DNA of 64,000 bases from Penicillus capitatus (taxonomy: Eukaryota; Plantae; Chlorophyta). The notes below the pieces were generated by a model. It ran no database searches, had not been told where the DNA came from, and was given only the letters and a program-made list of their open reading frames with translations. The position numbers and the translations under genes are program-made. The stretch spans positions 987,722-1,051,721 of the forward strand of contig OZ287703.1 of NCBI GenBank assembly GCA_965649825.1, written 5' to 3'. Positions 36,685 through 50,002 of the stretch are shown here, piece by piece; the first letter of the stretch is position 1; every line of letters starts with the position of its first letter.

Positions 36685-39084
36685 CTTGTGTTTCGAACCT
36701 CTCCTGAGTGAATCTCGCAATTGCGTCGACACTTTAGATGCATCGTTTGTCGAAAATTAAGTTTCTGTGAGTTTTCTGAAGTGCGGGTTTTGCAGAAACA
36801 TGATCGAATACAATTCACATTGATAAGACGTGTTAGCAATCTGTGTCTGCGCTTTTGAACGTAATAGCTGTTGGTTGCCATTGCCAGGAATTGACAGGTC
36901 ACTTGATAGGAGGTTCCTACAAGCTGCTCCTACTTATGTCCAAGATTAGAGATCATCCGGCGTAGAGTGGATTTCGGAGAAGGCCCTAGCCGTCGTGTCC
37001 ACCTATCTTCATAGCCACAGTGCTTCATCGCACAGCGGTTTTGAGCACCTATGCTATCTCTTTAGTAATCTGTCATTTCTGGAAGTGAGCTGTAGCAATA
37101 CCAAAAATCGTCCAAGCGGTCGAACAAGTGATTTCAGATTGTCGTATGTGTGAAGAGCTTACTTGCACTAGTGATCGTTTAATGGAGTAGATAAGAAATG
37201 GCATCAAATAGATAACAAAGTGCAAAACTCTTTCCTCTCGTATGAGTTGAAGACGGCGTGTTCCTGGATCACTCGTGAGAACTTTCGTTGTTGATTGAAT
37301 TCGACTGAAAGATTTGTTGTGTGTTTTAAAGTCGTCAACGGGTTTATGATCATCTTTGAGATGTGCTGACTCGCAGGTGTCAGAGACGCAGAGAGTGGCA
37401 ATACATGTGTGAGGTACCTTCAGAATTGCAGTAGTCTTCTCGATAAACAAGTTTTGGATCAGTGCCATCAAGAACGGCAGTGTCATCTTTTTAGGGAAAC
37501 AGAGGAAGACATACTGGAAGGCCTGTTCTCCCCTCAGGCGTTTCTCTATAGGTGATATCGTCTTGTCGTTGTCCAGAAATCACACAGTCTGTTCTGAGCA
37601 AAGACGATCTGAAGTAAGGAAACGGATGATGCATTCTGTCGAATCGAGTGTTGCGCCATCAGGCAGACAACAACCAGTAGTATTCACGATACGGTGAGAG
37701 CGAGGCAATCAACAGATCCCAAACCCTAATACTAAAAGCTGCAAGACACCTAAAGTTCTTTTCAGACCACGAGGGCTCGACGTGCCAAGACTTGATCGAA
37801 CGAGACTATCAATCCTTAAACGCAGCAACGATACATCTGTTTAGAAAGATGCCATTAAGGGTGGTTTCTGGGCAGTGCTTTGTTCTTTGAGATATGTGGG
37901 AGACTATTGCGACGCTTCAGACCAAGATGGCCATCGATTCTATCTTGACACATAGATGAACCCATTCCGACCATACAAACGGTAAGAACACGGTCATTGC
38001 CAGATTGGGTCTTATCGATCCACACGTCCCTTGCGATCTGGACGTTCTGTTTGGCCTGACGGATCACAAATTTAAAGAGACAACGAAGCACGAAGCAAGT
38101 CTCGTAAACAAACGAGTAATTATACGTTGAACCCGAGGAGTCACCTTAAATACTTAACCCATGTGAACCTCTATCGTGCATGTGATCATCGGTCACTCGT
38201 CCTGGAGCGAATTGTTTCTAATACGACAATGGTACTAGCCACTAGGGGACCACTAGAGTCCCAATCCACTTCGAAAACCATATGTAAATTTAGCCACTAT
38301 AAGAGGCATGAGGAGACAGAAAGCTCTTACGTCGTCTATTACAAATAGCGTTCTTCTTTCATTAGCAACGATTTTCATCCTTCACGGTTCACGTCACATC
38401 CGTCCCCGTCGAAAGCACCTGTCGCTTACACAAGGACAGTTGCTGAGTGAAGAAACGACGTCCGGCATGAAACGAGATGAATGTTCCGTCCACCACGCCA
38501 CTATCCCATCTGTCCCAAACTTCGAATGTCGTACATGGCATGAATGGATGTGTAGAACGATGCAGCTACGCCATCAGCTGCGTGACCCCAGACGGACAGG
38601 TCACCACTTCTGTCGTTGTCTTCCACTGTCGAGCCAGTTAGCAAAAAGACAGACTTCGGTTGAAAGCCGAATGGGCGTGTACAACGTCTGGCACGTTCCA
38701 AAGAATATTCGTCCACTTTGCGATGACGCCTCGTATCGTACTAGAGAATAAAACTTGCAGGCAGTTTCGTTGCGATCTTTTTCAGACAGTGAGGCCCGTG
38801 CGTCTATGTATCTTCTCGGAACCCGTCCTTTCTCTTAACCTAAAAGTAAGAACCATTCATCTTTCCACGTTGACTGTTCAAATGGACGGTTGCTTTTAGG
38901 TCAAGAGAGACCGCACGTCTCTTATCCCAAAGGGGACAGCGTGTCATGTGCGGCTGACCTCGGACTCAGCAAGTCATGACAGTAACTAGAACGTCACAGC
39001 ACATCGCACCTCCGACGTCGTTGGCAGAAACAATAAAGCGACGCGATAGGGGAATTGATAACCTATCAAATGCTGACGTGTATC

Positions 39085-39105
39085 CGACCTTGTCCATAAA
39101 TACTC
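39085..39105 (+). promoter_or_regulatory. TATA-like CATAAATA about 65 bp upstream of the B8 start (also upstream of B9 near 41292), preceded by TGACGT
   Basis: Position and conservation between the B8 and B9 promoters only. Confidence 0.3.
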
Positions 39106-39158
39106 TTAGGAAACGGCGGTTGATATTTGTCAGCTGCCCGAGTTGTTCGAGTCCTACG

Positions 39159-39926
39159 ATGACGGACAACACGTCGACTGCCGAGAAGAGTTCTCTTCCG
39201 GACTATTTCCCATTTGACGGCACCTGCGACTACAGCCGCGACGGCGACCTTACGCTCAATTTTGCCGACGGTTCTTTTCTGAAGACTCACGCCGCGCTAC
39301 TGAAGATGGCGTCGCCCACTTTCAAAGCGATGCTCACGGACTGCACAGAGACTGGAACGGTGACTCTTGAAGAGACATCGAGAGAGGCATGGGTTCTCAT
39401 CTTGAACTGCCTTCATCCAGGCACTCGAAATCCCTTCTCGAAGTTCGATCCTTTCAGACAGACGGACTTATTGGTAAACGAAACTAGTGGTCTCAGTCAT
39501 TACAGAGATATTCTATAGGCTGAGGTGTTGGGACAATCGAGAAAGTTCAAGTTCATCCCTGTGTTTGAACAAGTGGATTACCTTATTTCCACGAATGTTT
39601 CGAAGAAATTGCCTCATAGTCAAAGCCTTCCAACTGGTTTTAGCGATCCCAATGCTGTGCACCTGCGTCTTTACAGCCTTGTACTACAGTTTGGGACGGA
39701 GTTGACGACAGCCGCTGATGATATACTTAAACATGTCGGGGCAGTTCTGCACTGTTTTATCACCAAACGTGGATATGATGTTTTCGGCTCGCAGTTTTCC
39801 TCAAACTCTTATCATATGCTGCCGAGGAAGGATGTTCTGATGAACCTTTTAGAGAAGGCCGATGTTGGTTTTCACCAAAAGCTCTTAGCATATCTGATGA
39901 AGGACTGTAGTTACATAAGGGGCTGA
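39159..39926 (+). CDS. BTB family protein B8 (exons 39159-39473, 39519-39926)
   Basis: Family motifs; 45-bp phase-0 intron; exon 2 begins AEVLGQSRKF. Confidence 0.82.
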
Positions 39927-41355
39927 ATACATATTCGTACACGAGTTGTCTTGACTTTTGCTATTTTCTCGTTGCATGTTATAGATGAGGATTATCTGGG
40001 CTGCTCAGAATATTATCAAGTTCTTATCCGCATCGACAACGCACGAACTTCGACAAAGACATGTTTTACGAATCGTTTGAAGAAGAAGAGAGTTCAAAGC
40101 GTTGAAATCTGAAGGCGAGCGCTAGTCAACGTCCATCTAACCGTTCGCAGTTCCCACTACTTTTTCATCGTGAAAAAGTAGTGTCGCGATGGCAACGTCA
40201 AATCTGCTTACAAATACAAGTGAGATTCACAGAGTGAAGATGTTCTGTGTTTTCGAAGGGCTTATTTTCCCAGCCTCAGTAGCCGGGAGAGTGATGGGGC
40301 TACTAAAGTCGTCTCTGCAGCTTCGGCGATCTTGCCAATTTAAGCTATGCGAGTAGTTGTACACAGAGTGGAAAATGAGAAACATGACGTTCGACAGTCG
40401 GTAGTTTTGTGCTTCGTTAGAGTCTTTCAAGTTTGACAAGTATAACTCAATCATGCGTTTACTTTTTGAATGAGCGTCGCGTTGTCTAACGAGCAATCGA
40501 CTTGTTTGCTATAGTGCACGCCGAATGGAAGAAACAGAAGGACAAGGCAGTTGCGTCATCTTTTTCACCAAATGAGCCTATTATCTTAGGAAGGAGTTTC
40601 GTGTCGCGTCGATGTTTCTGGCGACGTCCGGTTTGAGAATACTCAGTCTTACATCCAACACAACCGACGAAACTTTTCTGCACAACAACTTACTCAGAGA
40701 TTCCAATACACTTCTCTGAAAAACGTTTCGCCTAAATTCCAGTCCACATATAGCACAGCTTACAATGATTAGTCACAGATATCCATTGCCTTTGGTTCGT
40801 TTTTCCGTTCACAAAGCAGGTATAGTGTTATAAAATGAAGGGATGGTGTCATATACAGCAATTCCGTCCAAAGTTTGTACTTTTTGATAGAAGGAAAAAG
40901 GACGACCTTCAAAAATAGCCATCCGTCACAGCAAGATACGACGCATACCAAAAAAGATCAACAGGCTTCACCTTCTCGAACGACGATTCAACAGGAAGAT
41001 GTTCGAACGAAATATATCTCTGTAAATCTTTTGAAACTCGTCTATTCGGAGAACGGTCCTTCCATATCGCCCCGCTTCGTGGACCGACGCCTTTGACGCA
41101 GTGGAAACCACACGTCTTTTATCAGGGAGGGGGTAGCTCTCGCCGTGTGCTGCTGATCTCAGACTACAACAAGTAACAGTGTCCAAGTAGGTCATAACAA
41201 ATCACGTCCGCCGTCGTTGGCGGCGTCAATGAAAGCAACGCGATACGGAAGTTGATTACCTATCAAATGTTGACGTGTGTCCGACCTTATCCATAAATAC
41301 TCTTAGGAAACGGCGGTTGTTCTTTGTCACCTACCCCACTTGTTCGAGTTTTAAG

Positions 41356-42153
41356 ATGACGGACGACGAGTCGACTGCCTCCGAGAGTTCTTCCCCGTCG
41401 AGCTATTTCCCATTTGACGGCAGCTGCGACTACAGCCGCGACGGCGACCTTACGCTCAATTTTGCCGACGGTTCTTCTCTGAAGACTCACGCCGCGCTAC
41501 TGAAGATGGCGTCGCCCACTTTCAAAGCGATGCTCACGGACTGCACAGAGACTGGAACGGTGGCTTTGGAAAACACATCGAGAGAAGCGTGGATTCTTAT
41601 CTTGAACCGCCTTCATCCTGCTGTTCAGTCATCCTTCCCCGATTTCGATCCGTTTTTGCATATGGAATTCCTGGTAAGCGAGCTTACGGATTATGTACAT
41701 CAATATAAGAAAACCTGATCCTAGGGTGATGTTCTGAAACAGTGCAGAAAATTTAAATTTGATGCAGTGTTTGCACCTATGGACTATGTCGTTTCTACGA
41801 GAATCTCGGAGCGAATTGCAATTGGAGGGCTTCCAAGTGCTTTCAACGAAGAAGATGTTTCGTGCGCAAGTCTCTACCGTCTTGCACTGCAATTCGAGAC
41901 GGAAATGCCGAGAACCATTGATAAAATACGTGCACATATTGTCAAGATTCTTCATCCAATCAGCGGCCTAGACGGATATGTCGATTCGAAGAAAAGCTTT
42001 AAAGTCGACGGGGACAAATTCTTGAGAACATATACTCGCTACACAAAGCCACGTAAGAGTAAACTTCTGGAAGTTGTCAAGAATGCTAGTGTCGATTTCT
42101 ACCACAAACTCTTGGCAGATTTGATGCAGAGGTATTCTCATTTGGCGGATTAA
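41356..42153 (+). CDS. BTB family protein B9 (exons 41356-41673, 41725-42153)
   Basis: Family motifs; 51-bp phase-0 intron; exon 2 begins GDVLKQCRKF. Confidence 0.82.
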
Positions 42154-43032
42154 ATTGAAATTTTTGTGTCAACCACGATGACGCAATCGATTCTCGGGTT
42201 GCATATTGTGAATGGAGATTATTTCGGCTGTTAAAAGCATTCGCAAGATCTGTTCCGCTTCGCACAACGCGTGACTTTAACAATGACATGTTTTTCTAAT
42301 CGTCGCAGAGAAGAGAGAAAAGTTAGAGCTCTGCAATCTGTAGAGGAGCACTACTGGCGATATCCCCAGTCAGCGATGTGACCGTCTATCGTAGCCGTAT
42401 ATGGACGCAATAGTCCATCATGAAAACACATACGTCACGACCGTCGACACCAGACCTCCCATGCAGCTGACCGAGATTCCTGTCTGTTTTATCAGACAGC
42501 GACGGCGACAACACTTTCTCGGCATATCTGTCTATCCTCTGGTCATAATCGGTTTGCGGTTTTCGCCTGTTTGCCTCATGACTGTGTCAGACAATCTTTC
42601 TACAGATTCCTTTTTCAAGTCGGGTTCTCATGCATCATCTTCTCTCATTGTCTTGATTGACGTAATTTTGAAACCATTGGAGAGAACTGTTTGCGCAATC
42701 AGCTTTCCACGCGCGTCAAAAGACCTATCACCCAAGAAGAGAGCAGAATTGGCGCGACTGTCGCATGTCCAACGGCCGCTCCTGGGAAACACAAACATTG
42801 TCACGTGAGAGTTTTCTCTCCAGTGAGCGCAAATCGCATAAGCCATTTGACGGCGCACAGGTTTACATTTACGTATCCGGACGCTTTTCTGACAGACGAT
42901 AACAGCACGTCTTTTTTGCGCCACGTCCTGGTAAGCACGACTCTGAACAGTTCGTTAACAACGACAGATCAGATATCCATTCGTCAGGAAACGTGGATGT
43001 GACGTGCACAAACCTCTGCCTCACGTTTCAAC

Positions 43033-43880
43033 ATGATGTCGGTTCGCATTCCCTTTCGCGTCGTCCGCATATGCCGTCGCCCGACGGCGACGAGATTTCG
43101 ACGCTCCGCGAATGGACGACGTGTGTCTGTGCGTTCGGCGATACCTCCTCTGGACGGAAACATTGAGTCCAGCCCGGACGGAGACCTTACGCTCACGTTC
43201 GACGACGGCTCCACTCTGAGAACGCACTCCTTTTTACTCAAGCTCGCCTCTCCAGTCTTTAACACGTTGTTTAGTGAATGCGAAAAGATCGAAGCTCTGG
43301 CATTAGAAGGCACGTCCAAAGAGACGTGGACGAGGATTCTGAATCGCCTGCATCCCGCCGTCCAATCTCTGTTTCTGGACTTCGACCCGATGCGCGATAC
43401 CAAACAACTGGTACGACGGAGGAGGCTTATGAATGGATCATGTCTGAGAGCAGTGTGCCCATCTAGGCGGATATATTGGAGCAGTCAAGGAAGTTCGAGC
43501 TGCATTCCATGTTCCGGCTGATGGACGTCATTATCTCCGACAGAATCACTGAGGAGATGAACGAAGCTCAGAATCTGCCGAACGGCTTTCGAAAGAAAGG
43601 AGATCGACATTTGGTTCTGTACAGCATAGCTCTCCAGTTCGAGTCTGAATTGCCGAAAAGCAATGATATCATCCATACACACTTGGTCGAAGTCATCCAA
43701 GCATTTGCCAAACCAGGAGCGTGGAGCGAGAAGTTCTATAAACGCAACGATGTCGGTATGGAGCGTTCTCCTCTAATTAAGGCGGCGTTGATGGACGTCA
43801 TCGATAGTGGCAGTGCATCGTTACACAAAAAGCTCTTGGAGGCGCTGATCGAGAAATGTGTTGATACGACTTCATGGTGA
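43033..43880 (+). CDS. BTB family protein B10 (exons 43033-43410, 43467-43880) with an Arg-rich N-terminal extension
   Basis: DGDLTLTFDDGSTLRTHSFLLKLASPVF; 56-bp phase-0 intron; exon 2 begins ADILEQSRKF. Confidence 0.8.
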
Positions 43881-44336
43881 TCGATAAATGCAAAAGCCAT
43901 CGTCTGTGACGTTTACGCATCCAGTTGTATTGTATTGCGGAGACAGGCTGTGCGCTTAATGATGCTCTTCTTTATACTTTTGATGCTCACGAACTACTTC
44001 ATTTCGCTGAATGAAATCTCCTGTGTGTGAAATGCTCGTCATTACAGTACCAGACAAACAAGGATTCCTGTAAGGCTTAGCGTTCTATCGATTTCGAGTG
44101 TCGATGTCAGGGCTCTGGACGCCAGGCGATTCGGAACTTCTGCAAATTAGACCGCCACATCGAGTGCATGGCAGGAAAAAGAGGCGACAGTCGACCCTTC
44201 CGCCGACCGTCTGACGACGCATCTGAATAATGAATGAACCGGGAAGCGGAAGAGGTGCGTTGACTGTGCCGAAACGACACTTAGTGGGAACGACGTTTCA
44301 CTTCACCGCCCAAACTGAGATTGTCCGAGACACGCG

Positions 44337-45066
44337 ATGACATGCAACGGCCTGCCGTCGAACTACTTTCCCTTCGATGGCAGCTGCGACTGCAGTCGTG
44401 ACTGGGACTTCGCCCTCGAATTCGAGGACGCGTCGCTGAAGACGCACACCACTCTGCTCAAGCTGGCGTCGCCGGTCTTCGCCTCGATGCTGACAGACTG
44501 CAAACGAGCGAAAGCGCTGTGCCTCGAGGAAACGTCTCAAGAAGCGTGGATCGTCATCCTGAATCACATCCATCCATCCGCCCCGTCCTTTTCCTCGCGC
44601 TTTAATATCCTCCAGAACATTGAGCTGGTGGTACGGACATTCTTGTCTCGCCGAATGCGAACGAGAATGGACTTGTGCACAGGAAGACGTTTTGGAACAG
44701 GCAAGGAAGTTCCAGATGGACTTCTTGCTTGTGGCCATTGACGAGGCCATCCTGTCAAAGCTGCCGAAGGAATCTCACGTCAACAGCGCTCCCTGTTTCA
44801 GTCATCTCCAAGATCGACACATCCCTCTGTACAGCCTTGCGGTTCGATACGAGTCAGAACTGCCTCAGGCCATCAATGGCATTCTGGCTCATCTCGTCAA
44901 GATTCTGCAATTCTGCTCCAATCAAAGCGCGGCTGATCTCAAAAGAAATCGGCAAAATGGCCATCTTCCCAAGAAACAGGCACTGATGAATGCTATCAAG
45001 GACGGGAGTGTCGATTTCTTCAAGAGACTAACAGAGAACCTGCTGGAGAAGTTCTTCTTTCTCTGA
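44337..45066 (+). CDS. BTB family protein B11 (near-identical to B4)
   Basis: Same exon structure as B4; only two amino-acid differences seen (T/A and Y/F in exon 2). Confidence 0.8.
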
Positions 45067-45817
45067 CCATGCGTTTTCATTGAACATGCCTTGAAAGAAG
45101 ACAATCTGAACGATTAAAATAACGTGCACGTTCTTCGATCTCTCTGAGCTTTTATTCTAACAGTAGACTGAATCCTGGTCATATACGTCTCTTCTTCACT
45201 GCCCTGTCTGCATTTCGCACAGAATGAAGGATGAGAAGAGATTCATTAGACAAACAAACGCTCGCCGGTGAACGGTTAAGTGGCGGCCGGGACATTTGAC
45301 ACGCGATCTGGACAACCTGATGGAATGGTAGCAACGAATGAGTGAGCATGGCTTCGAGCAAGCCATCAACCGGAGATCCCTTGCATGCAAGAAGAGCGCT
45401 GAATGTCCTGCGCCATGCCACTAGAGCGACAACGAACCCACCTTTTGGCTGTCAAAGGCCATAGTCGATGGAGGAATTCGATGAACGCATGGATCCATCC
45501 ATCTCTTGGTTACCGGGGACCAGTGAAGCTGTTTCTGAGTCTCGTGGCTTTATCTGGCTTGTCCTTCTCGTCCACGTCCTTGGACCGCACCCCTGTCGGT
45601 AACCGTTCGACCAAACAGTGCCGGTCGAAGAGTGAATCTAACGTCACTTGCTCGTTCTTCCATGCTTTTAAACTCTGACGTGACGTTGTCACTCTGCAAA
45701 ACAAATCGCACGGCAATGTTGTTCTGACATATCATCCAAACGCCCCTATACCTTCTCAACTCTCCTCCTTACGTCACTCTCTTTTGTTCCATGTCCGTCT
45801 CGACCTTCTAACCGAAG

Positions 45818-47441
45818 ATGGCGGCGAATGAAAAGCTGGCGGATCTCTTGTCGCAAAAACAGTTCTTGTGGAAGGTCCTCGTCCACCTCATCGACAGCGG
45901 ACTCCATGAATGCCGTCGCGTTTGCCGCAAATGGTACGAAGTATGCGACAAGCTCCCAGCGAAACTCAGCCTCAGTACATGCGTCGATCGCTGCGTCGAG
46001 TCGGACGTGTTTCCAAATGCCGTTTCACTCAAATTCGATGCTGGCGTCTTTTTGACCCATGACTCTGTGGAAAACCATCTTCTGCCATGCCTGTCTAAAC
46101 TGAATCGTATCGCGCGCCACGAGTTCTGCACAAAGGAATGGCCACTTGTCCACTTTCGGCCGAATTGTCTGACGTCCTTCAACGCTGTGCGATCTCTCTC
46201 GGTCACTGGACGGGACGAGTCTGCTTTTTTCGATTTTCTGGAGACGCTGAGATGTCTAACGGGCTTGACGGAACTGGAATTGCGCACGGAGGCAATATAC
46301 ATCAATGCCACGGATTTGGCTCCAATTACAGAGATCGAAGAACTCAGAACTCTCAAAGCAAGCTCATGTTTCATTGTCGATCGAAACGACGACTTCATCT
46401 TCGGCACCCAACAACAATTGACAAAACTCGAGGTTCGGCACGAATTCTTTTCTGCTTCCCAAAGCACAACACTGCAAGTAATGCCTGTGCACCCCCTTTC
46501 CATTTTTGGACTGTATTTTTTTCTAGTCGCTCTATCCGCACGCTTCAAATCTGCGCTCTCTGGCACTTAATGAAGCATTGAACGGAGGATTGAGCATCGA
46601 AGACTATGACACGCTGAGACACCTCTCACAGTTGGAGCATCTTTTGCTGGAAAGCATTTTTGTGGAAACAAAAGGCTTTGTCAGTGTCTTGGAAAATTTG
46701 AGTAGACTGACCGCATTGGAGATCATTCATACGGTCGTTTCGGAGCTTCCACTCGTACTGGATTGCATTTTCGCGATGTCAAAGCTGAGGACGCTTACAC
46801 TCAAACCACGTCGCCTGCACCTTGATCACATCTGCGCACCGACCCACACGAGCCGGATGCAGCTGACAAAGCTATCTTGGCAGTTTGATGCCTCCTTACT
46901 CAAGCTGATGGACCTAACCAGAATAGCGCACTTCGACATTGAGCTTGGAAAACAGACCTGTCATGAGGACCTCGTTCGCGCATTGGATTCGATGCCGGAT
47001 CTTCAGTTTCTCTGCATCTACAGCGAGGCGAAAGGACAGCTCGTGCCAAGCCATGTCTTAGCGCGGATGACAAAACTGAAGGTGCTGGAAGTCGGAGGAG
47101 TGTACACGGACGAGGCCATCTACCAAACCTTAGCCACGTTGCCAGAATTGACCGATCTCAGTTTAGACTTTCATTCTCGAAAGTTCTTGATCCCGACCTT
47201 CATGTATCTCCATACCCAGATCAATCTGCTCACGAATCTGAGGTCTCTGAGGTTTATGAAGGCTTACCCTATAAAACCTTACGCTCTGTTGGAGAGTCTT
47301 TCGGGAGAGCACCTGAAAAGACTCCAAACACTCTATGTATCCTCTGCAAACTTGAACGATGATCGTCGTGCAGTCCTATTCAGAAGGTTTCAATCGCTCC
47401 GCTGTTTGTCCGACGGCCGTGCGAGCGGTTTTGTCCTATAA
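45818..47441 (+). CDS. F-box-like + leucine-rich-repeat protein (exons 45818-46477, 46527-47441)
   Basis: N-terminal FLWKVLVHL..ECRRVCRKWYEV resembles an F-box. Repeated LxxLxxLxL motifs (LTGLTELEL, LSQLEHLLL, LSRLTALEI, LTNLRSLRF). 49-bp phase-0 intron. Confidence 0.72.
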
Positions 47442-47853
47442 GTGAATACCGGCTTGATATTGTGAAGGACAGATCTGTTGTTCTGATGAAAAACGATCAT
47501 AAGCATCTGGAAATGAACGTTAAAAACGGACACACACGATCACAGATTTGTAACCACGAGGATCAGCGATTTTTTTGCAAACGAACAGTAAACCTCAAAC
47601 GTGCACTATTTCAGCATTCGGAGCGAATCTCTCGACACTGTACCTTCTATGGAACGTGTCCAAAGATATGGTAATCTGAGTGGGTTTGAAAGTTCCTGTT
47701 CTTGTTGGCATATATTGTATAACCGCATCCGCTTCCGACGCCGCCGGCGTGGAGCCATTCCTGCACTGCCCATATCTGTCTGTCTATTCTGACGGGGAGT
47801 TAGTGTCACGCGAGCTCTACAGGTTACGAGAAAATGGGAACACGACGGAAACC

Positions 47854-49291
47854 CTAACCGAAAATGAATCGTTGGACATAAGAATCAATCGATTTACGAT
47901 ATTCCTGTGCAACCTTCTTGGCAATTTCTTCGACAACAGTTACGAACGTCGCATCATGAAATCTCGTGAACGCCCTGCCCTCTTCTGATGTGATCGGGGC
48001 AATCTTTTGCACTCTGAGATACTGATTCGGTTGGACGTTGGGATTCGAATAGTAGATATAATCTGTTAAAGCTGACATTCCATCGATTCCACTATCTAGG
48101 GTCAGCCCCAGCCATGCGTTCTCGTCAAGCCAACGGACTGCCCCTTCATTCGCCAGCCCAAGGCGACTAAACGAGGCACGTCCATTACCGATCGAGAGCA
48201 AAGCACTGCTTCCGATACCTGGAGCTCCAGTCTCGGCCGCGACAAAATTACTCGCCAGCAATTCCGTCGTTGCTAGTGGATTAACTCCATCGATCATGAT
48301 GAACTCGCCAATGTCATTGCCGACTCGGGATACAATCTTTGCCGCATTGAGTGCAGGTACTGAGCTCGTGACCACGCCAATGTCTTTGAGATAGTAATTC
48401 TTGCCTTCCTCGAATGTAAAATCCGGTGCGAAGCGTCCATTACTGGCAGGAAGCGGTCTCGGCCCGGAACGCACCATCAATCGAGCGGCAAACGTCACTG
48501 ACGGCTCTCTGAACTTATTCTGAATGAAATAGACTCCCTCTGATGCGATCAGGTCATAGGCAGGAAGGATAACAGAGGTGTCGCAGTCCTCCAACGTTGT
48601 ATTTCCATAGAAAGCCTCGAGGGTGCGTTCCAATCCGTCTGACAGATACAGAGGCGTCAGGACACCTAGTGCGCTGGGATTTGTGACATCCAGTGGCGTC
48701 TCTGCTTTGAGATTGATGGATTCCGTCGGATAGATGGTGCTGCCGAATTCGATAAAGAGGATGCGAAGGGCCTCAGCGCCGCCGGCGACTATCACCCCGT
48801 ACTTAGCCACAATGTCGGGTTCTTCGAGGACAGCACGTACAGCACCCTGACCGCCACGCGAGGCGAGATACAGAGTCGTCCAGCCACCGGCCGAGATACT
48901 GGTCATACAGTCGAAATAGTCAGCGAGGTTGATATCGAAAGCATTGATGTTGTGGATGTGAGTGACAGGGAGCAGTAGGTGTGGGTGCTGAACGAGATAT
49001 TTTTTTATGGACTGTTCGACTTCGATGAGAATCGTCACCGAGAAAATGGTACAGAGAGCGCCTCCGCCCACGGAGAGAATCGTTTTAAAAGTACGGCCAG
49101 GCGGTCTGCCGATGAGCGGCCTGCGACGGAAAACCCAAAGTCACTCAACCTTCTGTCTTAGACCGTTAAACGCACTTTCCGGTGGATGAGAGCCTTATCT
49201 GCATATGATAACGACCGTTCGCGTCATTAACGGCATGCGCCGAAAGGCACAAAGAAACAAAAACAACAACCGTGCAGAACTTCGTTGCCAT
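47854..49291 (-). CDS. Secreted patatin-like protein with degenerate catalytic motifs (exons 49291-49176, 49120-47854)
   Basis: Signal peptide exon spliced via a 55-bp phase-2 intron. ILSVGGGALC, LADYFDCMTSISAG, GLERTLEAFYGNTTL, MIDGV and LLSIGNG align with patatin blocks. Confidence 0.85.
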
Positions 49292-50002
49292 AATGCTCGC
49301 CGAAATGACAGCGACGACAGGTGGATGCAAGACACATAGGCGACGGTGCCAGTACGCGCTGCGTCTGGTGTCCTCTGTTCTGTAAATCGTTCAGCGTGAC
49401 GATGTCTGCCTTCATGGAAGATTCCTCGTTTGGAACCATAAACCAGCTAACCGTGAAACAAACCTTCCTCCTGCGGTCGGTTGAGACGTACCTGCGGCGT
49501 TTGTCGCTGTCTATACCCGTCTAAGGACCTGTAGAATACAGGTATACCTGATGAGGGAAGGCTTCGACATTGTATCGCTCTCAAACGACGCCCAACCGCA
49601 AGAAAGAAGTGCAGACCATCCATGCATGGATGTATGATCCTCAAAAACAGCCATGACAGGTTTGTCTACCGAAGACTGAAGCATCACGTTTCGTGTGATA
49701 TGAATGTGTGAGAAATGGACTGGTGGGTCATCATTGTAGATGGACGTATCATGAAGTCATTCCTGAACATCTGACAAGACATCCCGGCCGTGTTGATCAC
49801 GATCAGATGTCGCTGCCCTACGATGTGATTGATGCGTTGTCATCTTATTCCGCACCGCGTCGCAACAGTCTAGGTAGCTGACGTTTGTCGCCAGAAAAAA
49901 TAAAAACGAGTACAAAAACGAAAACGATTTCGCGTTCCTTTGATTTTTGACCTACCCGTAGTACTCTGCCGAACGATTTTTTCGGTTTGCTCGAGTCGCG
50001 CC

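Larger units (their letters stand above)
35032..36830 (+). repeat. About 1.8-kb duplication, partner at about 49138-50970
   Basis: Colinear similarity across the signal exon, intergenic region, BTB gene and 3' flank. Confidence 0.9.
41725..45124 (+). repeat. Segmental duplication of about 7582-11653 (B2 exon 2, B3, B4 correspond to B9 exon 2, B10, B11)
   Basis: Colinear similarity ending sharply at GATTAAAATAACG (11653 / 45124). Confidence 0.9.

Noticed and set aside
40600-40760. LRR-like relics here and at about 59000-59120 (-)
   Set aside because: Only one or two LxxLxL words with stops; not distinguishable from chance.
45179-45716. Possible small two-exon minus-strand gene
   Set aside because: No recognisable motif, and the plausible splice gives an early stop; unsupported.
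45808-46566. 252-aa minus-strand ORF
   Set aside because: Antisense shadow of the F-box/LRR exon 1.
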